A stretch of 64,000 bases of DNA from Bacteroidia bacterium (GTDB taxonomy: Bacteria; Bacteroidota; Bacteroidia; NS11-12g; UBA955). The stretch is taken from assembly GCA_044357345.1 (NCBI GenBank), contig JBIKPR010000001.1:30155-94154 (forward strand), written 5' to 3'. Within the stretch, counting starts at the first letter, position 1. Every line of letters begins with the position of its first letter. Of this stretch, positions 50,766 through 59,406 are shown piece after piece. A program made the translations under genes and the position numbers. The notes under the pieces are model-generated. The model ran no database searches, had not been told where the DNA came from, and saw only the letters and a program-made list of their open reading frames with translations.

Positions 50766-50855
50766 TAAACAGCATTTTAAAATAGATTTCAAATTTTCTA
50801 ACATTTTTTTTGCATAGAAAATTTAAAATTCTATATTTGCACTCCTTTTAGGAAG

Positions 50856-50890
50856 ATTCCTTGATAGCTCTCCCGATAGCTATCGGGAGG
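50856..50890 (+). repeat. duplicated 5-prime fragment of tRNA-Asn fused to a perfect 16-bp palindrome
   Basis: ATTCCTTGATAGCTC (50856-50870) is identical to the first 15 nt of the tRNA-Asn region at 50935-50949. It is followed by CCCGATAGCTATCGGG (a perfect palindrome) and then GGTTAGAG resembling the D-loop. Confidence 0.6.
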
Positions 50891-50936
50891 TTAGAGAACC
50901 TGAATAGAGACTTTAACTAAAGTAAATCGGACATAT

Positions 50937-51010
50937 TCCTTGATAGCTCAGCTGGTTAGAGCGAGTGACTGTTAATCACTAGGTCCCTGGTTCGAGCCCA
51001 GGTCAGGGAG
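50937..51010 (+). tRNA. tRNA-Asn (anticodon GTT)
   Basis: Acceptor TCCTTGA/TCAGGGA (U1-A72 as in E. coli tRNA-Asn). D arm GCTC-AGCTGGTTA-GAGC. Anticodon stem AGTGA/TCACT with loop CTGTTAA gives GTT. T arm CCTGG-TTCGAGC-CCAGG. Confidence 0.85.
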
Positions 51011-51452
51011 CACAAATGGGAAAGAGGTCAAATTTGACCTCTTTTTCTTTTTCTACCCTTTGTAAACCCTTGAAAATGTTAATGATATGAGTAAATGGCT
51101 CAGCAATTGGGGTGGTTGTATTTTCACCATCCAGAATTTCAATCTTATCATTAAAAATACAACCAAGCAACTTTGACTTGATTTTACCACTTGATTTCTC
51201 ATAAAAACCAACCAAATCCTAAAGCATTGGCACCTGATGATTTAAATATTCATCAAATGGAGATACGACCTCTTTCATGTTTTTAAGAGCATTCCTGTCT
51301 TTGAATAACTGTAAATCAATAACATTTGTCAAGTTCATGTATTCATCAAATGAATTAATTTTACCATCTAAATATTGGTTCTGTAAATTAGATAGACGTG
51401 TTTCTCCTGTTTGAATGCTAGTCTCTAATTCTTTTTCTGGCTCTAATTTCAT
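51003..51452 (-). pseudogene. stop-interrupted hypothetical ORF (two same-frame ORFs separated by a single TAG)
   Basis: ORFs 51219..51452 and 51003..51215 share a frame. They are separated only by TAG (51219-51221) plus two sense codons. The distal part reads through the tRNA-Asn terminator and 3-prime end, so a protein-coding function is doubtful. Confidence 0.3.
51023..51053 (+). terminator. rho-independent terminator after tRNA-Asn
   Basis: AGAGGTCAAA-TTTGACCTCT perfect hairpin followed by TTTTTCTTTTTC. Confidence 0.6.
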
Positions 51453-51609
51453 CTTCTTTTCTAAAAACGCTTATTTAATACCTTTTTGTACGTTTCAATT
51501 GTATTGGCTGAATTTTGTATACCAATTTAAGACCTCTCTAACTTTATCTTCCATTAAAGAAGATGTAAACTTCTGCCCTGGTATTGCTAATGCGATGTTA
51601 TAATTTAGT

Positions 51610-54600
51610 TTAATAAAATAGCAAAAGGAATGCAGCGCCGCCTTGATAGGTGTCAGATTTTCCTACTTCCACATAGTCAATTCGTCCAGAGGGTTTTTGA
51701 TATATTTTTCCATTTTCATATTTTCCAATTTCCACATAGTCAATTCGTCCAGAGGGTTTTTGATATATTTTCCCATTTTCATATTTTCCAACTTCCACAT
51801 AGTCAATTCGTCCAGAGGGTTTTTGATATATTTTCCCATTTTCATATTTTCCAATTTCCACATAGTCAATTCGTCCAGAGGGTTTTTGATATATTTTCCC
51901 ATTTTCAAATTTTCCAACTTCCACATAGTCAATTCGTCCAGAGGGTTTTTGATATATCTTACTTTGCGCTGAATTACTAGATGAGCTCGAGGAATTTGAA
52001 GATGAATATCCACCACTAAAAAGCTTATTAAAATCAATTTGACTTAAAATATACCTTGCCCAGGCATCCTCGGCATCTTTTCTTTGTTTCTCCATTTCAG
52101 GATTTTTTCTTACTGGTCTTACACTGTAGAAAAAAGTATTCTTACCGTAAGTTGTTGAAACATCCCTAATCTGTCCATATCCAATTGCTGATTCTCTTAG
52201 GCATAATGCTTTTGCATTTTCTCCCCAATACACTGCAGCATCCACTACTTGCGTTACATCGTAACCTCTGGTGGTGTTATAGCTATTAAATTCTGTTGTT
52301 AGATTTTTAATTATTTTAATATTGTTGTAAATTATGTCTAACTCTTCAGAAGTAGGCAATCGCCATCCATCTCCAAGTGCTTGGCATGTTGATAATGCTC
52401 CATGATAATTCGCAACACTTATGTCCTTATAATATATATCTAGGTCACCAATAGTCATATAGGGTGTAAATCTATTCCCAGATGCATCTATTTGATATGA
52501 CAATCCATTTAAAGAGACGGACGCAAGGTTATCTTTATAAGTGAACTGGTAATCAAACATTGGTGATACAATTAAAACACCTTCGGAGTTAAGATGCCCC
52601 CATTTATTGTTTAGCTTAATTGAATAACCTCCATCATTTGACTTTTGAATTTCATCTAAATTGGCTGAAATAATCTCCCTTCCTTCAAAATTAACTAGAC
52701 CATATTTATTATCAATTCTTGTTAAGATAAATTTCGAATCTAAGATAGAAAGTGCATTAAATTTTGGTTCAAGTATAGAAGGATAATTTTTGTTTAACCA
52801 ATTAACAATACCTAATTTTCCTGACCTGTATAGTATAGAAATATCTGGAAGAGTGTAATCTGAAATTGAATCGTATGAGCAATTAACTAATTCTCTGCCT
52901 TCAATTGACACTACACCAAATTTTTTATTGATTTTAACAATTGCACTAAGTTTATCAAAATTGAAAGGTTGTATTTCATCATATTTAAAGTTAGTTAAAG
53001 GCTTTCCAGTATTGTTTGATATTAACCCATATTTTTTATCTATTTTCCCGATACTTACCACTTCTAAACCGATATTATATATCCCGAGACCTTTTATATC
53101 ATCATAAATTGGCTCAACTTTTATATGTTTTTCCTCAGCATCAAAATATCCCATTTTGTTGCTAATAAAAATGGGGATATAATTAGGCTTATACATAATT
53201 TTTTCATCCGTTCCGCACTTATCTGTTGGGTTAAAACATCCAATTTGGTCATATTCAATTGGCAAAACTAGCTTAAATTTTTCATCAAGTAAACCATATT
53301 TACTGCCCAATTTTACATTTATTAAACACTTTTCTGTACTTAATGATGAATTATACTCTAAGTATAAATCATCATAAATTGGATTAACTGCTATTATTCC
53401 ATTATTATTTAAAATTCCTTTTTTGCCTCCTTTAACAATTATTTTAAGACCATTATTGTAAATATTATCTGCATCAATTTTAGTAAAATCTTTAAATGGG
53501 TGTTTTAAATAGCCCCATTCGCCATCTTTCTTTACGAATAACATTGAATCTTTTTGAGATATATTTAATATTCTCTCATAAGATTTGTTTAATATAAAAT
53601 CGCCATTAGAATTAACTAATCCATATTTGTCTTCAAATTTTACTCTATACACAGTTTCATTTATAAAATTAAAATAGTCGAAGTCAATATAATCATAAAT
53701 GGCCTCTACGAAAAGAAATCCCTTTTCATCAACTAAACCATACTTATCTTTCAATTGGACAATTTTACAGTCATTAGGCAATGTCCTTTTCTCAACGTAA
53801 GATATTTGAATTCTAGCTCCAACCCTATCAATTAGCTTCCAATCTTTATCATTTCCATAGGAGCTTGTGCCTCCAGCTCCTTCACTTAATAATGTTAATT
53901 TTGATTTAATTTTCTTAGATAATTCATCAAACCTTTGATTTTTACATTTTTGAACCTTCTCTTTTAAAATATTAAATTCACTAAATTGCAAATCGGTTTT
54001 TTTCATGTATGAGTTGTAGTATTTCTTAACTATCATCTTACACTCTTTGCACTCAGGAGCAATTTGACCATTAACAGAATTTTTAAACCTGCTCATTACT
54101 GTGTCGTAATCAATTCTATATTTGGGATTATTCCCTAAATCACCAACTAAGATTCTCCAATCTTTGTCTTTACCGTAAGAACTTGGTCCGCCACTTGTAA
54201 AACCCGCCAAAATACGATACTGAGAAAGTAATTCCCCTTTGAGTATAAAAAAGCTGCAACCTCGTTCAATTAATAATTTCATAGGGTCAAAAACGTCTGA
54301 ATTAATTTCCATACCACCCTTATAAGTTTTGTAGTATAAATTTAAAGCCTCAGAAAATTGTTTAATAGTTATTGAATTACCTTTCGAAAAGACATTCATA
54401 TTGTCCGTTGTGATATTTTCAGATGGTACTTTCCTTTCAGGATTATTTTGATTTCTAATTAAATCAGGATTGTAGACCTTTCCTTCACACCAATTTTTAC
54501 AATTATTATAATTTTTAAATTTATAAGAGATACTCGACATTAGCACCGAGGAATTTCCTGTCAATATACGCGGTGTTTTGTCTTCATTTGTTGCAGTAAA

Positions 54601-54798
54601 TATTGTATAAATCCCATCCGAATTTGGAAAAATTGGCTCATCAGACCAAAAATCAAATAATGTATATGCTGAATTGTAAAAAACATTTACGAAGTCCTTT
54701 CTATTGTCAGGGCTTCTCTTAATTTCACTTTGAGCTAAAGTATTAAAGGAAATTAATAAAGTTCCCAAAAGGAACATACAGAATAGTATTTTTTTCAT
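51610..54798 (-). CDS. large secreted WG-repeat protein with DUF1566-like domain and C-terminal 21-aa tandem repeats
   Basis: Signal peptide MKKILFCMFLLGTLLISFNTLAQ. At least 9 WG-type repeats (KYGLVDEKGFLFVEAIYDYI, DGEWGYLKHPF, NKWGHLNSEGVLIVSPMFDY ...). A GDGWRLPTSEELDIIY segment resembles the Lcl-C/DUF1566 core. Then follows a serine-rich linker and 5 copies of GKIYQKPSGRIDYVE(V/I)GK(Y/F)EN. Confidence 0.7.
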   Translation of the reverse strand: MKKILFCMFLLGTLLISFNTLAQSEIKRSPDNRKDFVNVFYNSAYTLFDFWSDEPIFPNSDGIYTIFTATNEDKTPRILTGNSSVLMSSISYKFKNYNNCKNWCEGKVYNPDLIRNQNNPERKVPSENITTDNMNVFSKGNSITIKQFSEALNLYYKTYKGGMEINSDVFDPMKLLIERGCSFFILKGELLSQYRILAGFTSGGPSSYGKDKDWRILVGDLGNNPKYRIDYDTVMSRFKNSVNGQIAPECKECKMIVKKYYNSYMKKTDLQFSEFNILKEKVQKCKNQRFDELSKKIKSKLTLLSEGAGGTSSYGNDKDWKLIDRVGARIQISYVEKRTLPNDCKIVQLKDKYGLVDEKGFLFVEAIYDYIDFDYFNFINETVYRVKFEDKYGLVNSNGDFILNKSYERILNISQKDSMLFVKKDGEWGYLKHPFKDFTKIDADNIYNNGLKIIVKGGKKGILNNNGIIAVNPIYDDLYLEYNSSLSTEKCLINVKLGSKYGLLDEKFKLVLPIEYDQIGCFNPTDKCGTDEKIMYKPNYIPIFISNKMGYFDAEEKHIKVEPIYDDIKGLGIYNIGLEVVSIGKIDKKYGLISNNTGKPLTNFKYDEIQPFNFDKLSAIVKINKKFGVVSIEGRELVNCSYDSISDYTLPDISILYRSGKLGIVNWLNKNYPSILEPKFNALSILDSKFILTRIDNKYGLVNFEGREIISANLDEIQKSNDGGYSIKLNNKWGHLNSEGVLIVSPMFDYQFTYKDNLASVSLNGLSYQIDASGNRFTPYMTIGDLDIYYKDISVANYHGALSTCQALGDGWRLPTSEELDIIYNNIKIIKNLTTEFNSYNTTRGYDVTQVVDAAVYWGENAKALCLRESAIGYGQIRDVSTTYGKNTFFYSVRPVRKNPEMEKQRKDAEDAWARYILSQIDFNKLFSGGYSSSNSSSSSSNSAQSKIYQKPSGRIDYVEVGKFENGKIYQKPSGRIDYVEIGKYENGKIYQKPSGRIDYVEVGKYENGKIYQKPSGRIDYVEIGKYENGKIYQKPSGRIDYVEVGKSDTYQGGAAFLLLFY
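51650..51965. repeat. 63-bp near-perfect tandem repeat x5 inside the 3-prime end of the WG-repeat gene
   Basis: TCCACATAGTCAATTCGTCCAGAGGGTTTTTGATATATTTTCCCATTTTCATATTTTCCAA(T/C)T begins at 51668, 51731, 51794, 51857 and 51920. Copies differ by 1-3 nt. Confidence 0.9.
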
Positions 54799-55510
54799 AT
54801 TTATTAATAAACTGATACAATATTAGTATTAAATCTATTTTTTAAAAAATAAATCAACCAATGGAAGGTAAGAGAAGGTGAAAGTGCAGGTTACTCGTAT
54901 GAAAGGATAGATTCTAAGTTTTTAATTGTTTAGACAAATCTTAATTTTAGATTGAAATGGAAATACACCAAATTTCCTTTGTCCAGCAAACTAAACACCC
55001 CTAAAAATTACTATCTATTTGCTTTATAGAGTATTATGTAATCTATCAGGGGTTGTGGGTTGTATTTTGGGTCAATTAGGGGAGCAAGTAAAAAGAGAGT
55101 GAGAGTGAAAGCGAAAGCGTCACTTCAGCTCTCTTTTTTTATTCACTCTCATTTTCACTCTTATACCCCGTGGTGTGCGACAAAGGAGCTCTACCACTGG
55201 GGCACATTCACTCTAAATCATGTCGTATGAATTTTTATTCGAAAATTTCAAAACACAAAAAAGCTTGTACATATTAGGTGCATACTTCCAATTTTCTGAA
55301 TAGGTTAAAGGTTATTGTAAAGCTATTTTCTTTACAACACATAGAAGCTTCTTGTTGGAATCTATGATATAAATAGTATATAACCCCCCATATCTATTAA
55401 AATGTTATAAATTAAAATTAATTTCATTACACTAAATAAAAAACGATACTTTTGACTTTTTAAATAGTTTTAACTGTAGTTAAATAATACTCAAATCGTT
55501 ACGCTAGATT

Positions 55511-56566
55511 ATGAATTTACATCCTGAAAATGATAAAATAAAACATGAATTGACTTTTGTAATCAATAAATTATTATTAGTTATAGCCATATTATTATTT
55601 GCTCTATTAATCATGCCGTTTGTAATATTAAAAGACAAGCAAGCCCAAGAACCAAGCGAGAAATCAGTTGGTTCTGTTTTAAATGTAGACAGTAATTTAA
55701 AAAGTAAAATATTGTATTGGATGGCCCCAGATATTAATTCCATTAGCGATCCAAATAAAAAGGAACAAATAGCTTATGGTAAAGAATTAATTGCGCACAC
55801 AGCAAAATATTTAGGGCCAAATGGGTCGGTTTTAAAAATCAGCAATGGTTTAAATTGCCAAAATTGCCATTTACAGGCGGGAACTGCTATTTATGGAAAC
55901 AACTACGGCTCTGTTGCCTCATTATACCCTAAATTTAGGGCAAGAAGCGGTAGTATAGAAAATATATACAAAAGGGTAAATGATTGCATACAACGCAGTT
56001 TAAATGGCATATCTATTGATTCAAATAGCAGGGAAATGCAAGCAATAGCAGCTTATATAAATTATTTAGGGGGCAAAGTAAAGAAAGGTGAAAAAGCGCT
56101 TGGCTCTGGCCTTAAAGATATTTCGTATTTGGATAGAGCAGCCAGCCCGACCAATGGTAAATTAATTTATATATCCAAATGTCAGAGTTGTCATCAAGCC
56201 AATGGCGAAGGGGTGTTTAATGAAAATAAAACTGAATACCAATATCCTGCGCTTTGGGGCAATCATAGTTTTAACAAGGGTGCTGGCCTAAGCCGCCTAA
56301 GCAATTTTGCTAAGTTTGTAAAATACAATATGCCGCAAGGTGTCACGTTTGAAAATCCTCAACTTACAGATGAAGAGGCATGGGACGTAGCAGCCTATGT
56401 TTTATCGATGCCTCGCCCTAATTTTAATATCAAAAAAGATTGGCCGGATATCTCCAAAAAACCATTCGACCACCCATTTGGTCCCTACTCGGATAAGTTT
56501 ACTGAAAGCCAGCATAAATTAGGCCCTTTCAAACCGATAGTTGAAGCGCAGAAGCAAAAGAAATAA
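55511..56566 (+). CDS. membrane-anchored diheme c-type cytochrome (TsdA/SoxA-like)
   Basis: N-terminal TM anchor. There are two CxxCH heme motifs (NCQNCH and KCQSCH) about 110 aa apart, with a downstream Met-Pro (KYNMPQG) possible distal ligand. This spacing and size are typical of thiosulfate dehydrogenase TsdA-type diheme cytochromes. Confidence 0.7.
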   Translation: MNLHPENDKIKHELTFVINKLLLVIAILLFALLIMPFVILKDKQAQEPSEKSVGSVLNVDSNLKSKILYWMAPDINSISDPNKKEQIAYGKELIAHTAKYLGPNGSVLKISNGLNCQNCHLQAGTAIYGNNYGSVASLYPKFRARSGSIENIYKRVNDCIQRSLNGISIDSNSREMQAIAAYINYLGGKVKKGEKALGSGLKDISYLDRAASPTNGKLIYISKCQSCHQANGEGVFNENKTEYQYPALWGNHSFNKGAGLSRLSNFAKFVKYNMPQGVTFENPQLTDEEAWDVAAYVLSMPRPNFNIKKDWPDISKKPFDHPFGPYSDKFTESQHKLGPFKPIVEAQKQKK

Positions 56567-56613
56567 TCAAAAAACGATAAACAACACTTATACATATCCC
56601 CTAAGCAAGCAGC

Positions 56614-58305
56614 ATGAAAAACAATAGAAGAAATTTCATTAAACAATTAAGTGGTATAGCAAGCGCTGGCATTTTAACAACGATGCCACTTAATGCAATT
56701 GCAACGATCATTAAGGAAGACGACGTAAGTCTAACGAATGATGAAAACAATCCTTTTACAATTTCAATTTTACAAACAACCGATGTGCATTGTCAATTGC
56801 ATCCGCACGATGAATTGTTTTGGGAAGACGAAAAAACAGTGTTTAGAAAAACAGGCGGTTATGCGCACTTAGCGAGCTATCTCAAGAAAGAAAGGAAGAA
56901 AAATCCAAATACTTTTTTAATTGATAGTGGCGATATGTTTCAGGGCAGTGAGTTATCTGTAAAAACAACTGGAAAGGCATTACTTCCAATATTAGATGCC
57001 TTAGGATACGATCTTTATTTGCCTGGTAATTGGGAAGTGATTTACGGTAAAAAGGTGATGCAAACACTGCTTGGTTCATTAAATGCGCCAAAAGTTTGTG
57101 CCAATATGTACCACGATTTGGGCGATTCAAAAAAAGGTGAGCTTATCTTCCCTCCCTATTATATATGGACAATCAAAGGTGTCAAGATTGGCTTTTTAGG
57201 CTATACAGACCATTTGGTTCCTTTGCGTCAATCGCCAAATTATAGCAAAGGAATTATTTATGCAAAACCAGAGGAGAACCTCGCCCATTATGTTGATGTG
57301 TTGCGCAACCAAGAAAAATGCACTTGTGTGTTTATTGTAGCGCACTTAGGCTTATCACAGCAAATTTATTTGGCCAACCTAAAAGAATGCGAAGGGGTTG
57401 ATTATATTTTAGGTGGAGATACACACGAAAGGGTACGCACACCGATTCAATGTCAGTATTCAAAAGTAGTTGAGCCTGGGGCATTCGGTTCATTTGTTGG
57501 AAAACTAAACCTTACCATACAAAATGGAAAGGTCATTAAGGAAGACTATTGTTTAGATGAAATAAATGCCAATAAATACCCTGCCGCAAAAGAGATAGAA
57601 GCCATTATAAAAAACAGTGAAAAACCCTTTCATGATGATATTTATAAGCTGGCTGGGTACAGCACCATTCCCCTGTACAGATATTTTGTAATAGAAAATC
57701 CAATCGATACCATGGTGCTTGATGCAATGAATTGGCGTTTACCAGAAATTGATATTGTCTTGTCTAATGGTTTTCGCTTTTGTCCACCGCGCACCACGCC
57801 CGACCATACCGGTAATATTCCAATTACCAATGGATACATCTTTGATATGTTACCAGTGGATAATTATGTTAAAACTGGGATGGTTACAGGGAAGCAAATT
57901 CAAGTATGGCTAGAAAAAGAATTAAATAATGTATTTGCCAAAAATGCCTCAGAACGTTTTGGTGGCTGGGTAATTAAATTTAAAGGCATGAACATAAAGT
58001 TTAATGCTTTTGGAGAAAATGGAAAAAGAGTGCAGGAAATAAGCATCAAAGGTTTTCCAATTGAAGCAACGAAAAACTATAGTATATGCGCCTGCGAAAG
58101 AGATGGAGACCCCGAAGATATTATATGTAGAATCAAGGGCGCTAGCAATGTTAAAACAACAGAGCACACCTTACATACATTGTTAAAATCATATCTTGCC
58201 TTGCATTCGCCTGTAACGCCAACCCCACAAATAAATGCAAAAGTGCTGGATGCTTCACAAAATTTGCTCACACAAATAAGTGGTGTAGATTATAAGTTTC
58301 GCTAA
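56614..58305 (+). CDS. Tat-exported SoxB-like thiosulfohydrolase (bimetallic metallophosphatase / 5-prime-nucleotidase fold)
   Basis: Twin-arginine signal MKNNRRNFIKQLSGIASAGIL. Metallophosphatase motifs TDVHCQLHPH, IDSGDMFQGS, LPGNWE. A C-terminal 5-prime-nucleotidase-like domain. The length (563 aa) and TDxHxQL pattern fit SoxB better than UshA-type NDxHG nucleotidases. Confidence 0.55.
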   Translation: MKNNRRNFIKQLSGIASAGILTTMPLNAIATIIKEDDVSLTNDENNPFTISILQTTDVHCQLHPHDELFWEDEKTVFRKTGGYAHLASYLKKERKKNPNTFLIDSGDMFQGSELSVKTTGKALLPILDALGYDLYLPGNWEVIYGKKVMQTLLGSLNAPKVCANMYHDLGDSKKGELIFPPYYIWTIKGVKIGFLGYTDHLVPLRQSPNYSKGIIYAKPEENLAHYVDVLRNQEKCTCVFIVAHLGLSQQIYLANLKECEGVDYILGGDTHERVRTPIQCQYSKVVEPGAFGSFVGKLNLTIQNGKVIKEDYCLDEINANKYPAAKEIEAIIKNSEKPFHDDIYKLAGYSTIPLYRYFVIENPIDTMVLDAMNWRLPEIDIVLSNGFRFCPPRTTPDHTGNIPITNGYIFDMLPVDNYVKTGMVTGKQIQVWLEKELNNVFAKNASERFGGWVIKFKGMNIKFNAFGENGKRVQEISIKGFPIEATKNYSICACERDGDPEDIICRIKGASNVKTTEHTLHTLLKSYLALHSPVTPTPQINAKVLDASQNLLTQISGVDYKFR

Positions 58306-58406
58306 ATAATAAGAAAGCGGTTTAAGACATCTTTAATTTCTTTTTTACTTAAAAATAGGTTTTAACTAAGTTATATTGCTCTGCACGCAATAAGAAAACA
58401 AATCGT

Positions 58407-59384
58407 TTAATTCAAGTAAACGCCAGCTCCAAGAAAGAAATTAGTTCCCGGAATCGGGGCGATAAAGGCTTTTTTCATCTGCTCTTTGTTGGTTTGGTAG
58501 TTGATGTAATAATAGGTGTAAAAACCTCCCCCATTTTTAGCAACGTCTATTAATCCGCGCACAAGATAGGTGCCACGCGAATCTTTCAAATCATACCTAT
58601 TTGTTCCTTGCACAGAGGGATCTGGTGGCTGCACAATGTTAATTCCATTCATATCAAGTATGTAGTAGTAGCCACTTTGGTTGTCAAAGAATCTTATATT
58701 TTGAAGAAAACTTCTAAGAGTCTTAATGTATTTAGCTGAGTCTAAACCAAAGTCACTTTTTATTTTTCCGAATGCTTTTGCCATGGAACTTACACCGTTC
58801 TTTACCACCAACTCATTGATATCATTTTGGCTGTAGAGCTTGGAAGCTTTATTTTCAAAAAAACCGCTTCGGGTGTATGCGCCTAATCCTGAAATAGTAT
58901 TAACATATGTAAGGTAATTCTCTTTGGCATTGCTTGCTGGATTTACTAAACGATAGGTAAAGAAACCAGCCCCACTGTAATTAACAATGTCAAGTAGTTT
59001 TGGCGTTATTTTAAGGCTATCTGCATCCCTTTCATTTAATTGAGAAACACCCTCTCTGCTTGTATTCATAGGATCAGAAATCGTCACACCATTTAAATTT
59101 TCTATGGACACATAGCCTGAATTGTCGTCAAAAAACTTAGCCGCAGTTGTAAAACTTTTATAAAACAATTTCGCATCAAATGAGAGGTTACTATCATTTA
59201 GTACATTTCTAAAACCTGTGGCGAAAGAGCCACAATTGTGCTGAACGATTGCTTTGTTTAAATCTGCAACTGAGTAGGCTTGGGTTGCTGAGCCTATAAC
59301 ATGTTCATCATCTTCTTTGTCTTTACAACTCTGTAAAACTCCCAAACAAATGGCTAATAACAAGGTTAGTTTCTGTAATTTCAT
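58407..59384 (-). CDS. lipoprotein with two tandem Cache-like (sCache_2-type) domains
   Basis: Lipobox VLQSC. Two repeated modules ending GAGFFTYRLVNP ... GLGAYTRSGFF and GGGFYTYYYINYQTNKEQMKKAFIAPIPGTNFFLGAGVY resemble single-Cache ligand-binding domains. Confidence 0.5.
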   Translation of the reverse strand: MKLQKLTLLLAICLGVLQSCKDKEDDEHVIGSATQAYSVADLNKAIVQHNCGSFATGFRNVLNDSNLSFDAKLFYKSFTTAAKFFDDNSGYVSIENLNGVTISDPMNTSREGVSQLNERDADSLKITPKLLDIVNYSGAGFFTYRLVNPASNAKENYLTYVNTISGLGAYTRSGFFENKASKLYSQNDINELVVKNGVSSMAKAFGKIKSDFGLDSAKYIKTLRSFLQNIRFFDNQSGYYYILDMNGINIVQPPDPSVQGTNRYDLKDSRGTYLVRGLIDVAKNGGGFYTYYYINYQTNKEQMKKAFIAPIPGTNFFLGAGVYLN

Positions 59385-59406
59385 TTTAATATTTTTTTAA
59401 GCGGGC

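Noticed and set aside
51610-51965. Diversity-generating retroelement variable repeat at the C-terminus of the WG-repeat protein
   Set aside because: No reverse transcriptase or template repeat is present in the window, and the copies differ at few positions with no adenine-specific pattern.
51630-52037. Three overlapping ORFs (two plus-strand, one minus-strand) with internally repeated peptides
   Set aside because: They are alternative-frame translations of the 63-bp tandem repeat inside the WG-repeat gene, not independent genes.
50937-54798. Integrated mobile element / prophage at tRNA-Asn
   Set aside because: No integrase, transposase or phage genes are present, and no direct repeat of the tRNA 3-prime end was found at a distal boundary. 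Only the 5-prime fragment duplication is seen, so this is reported as an observation rather than a mobile element call.
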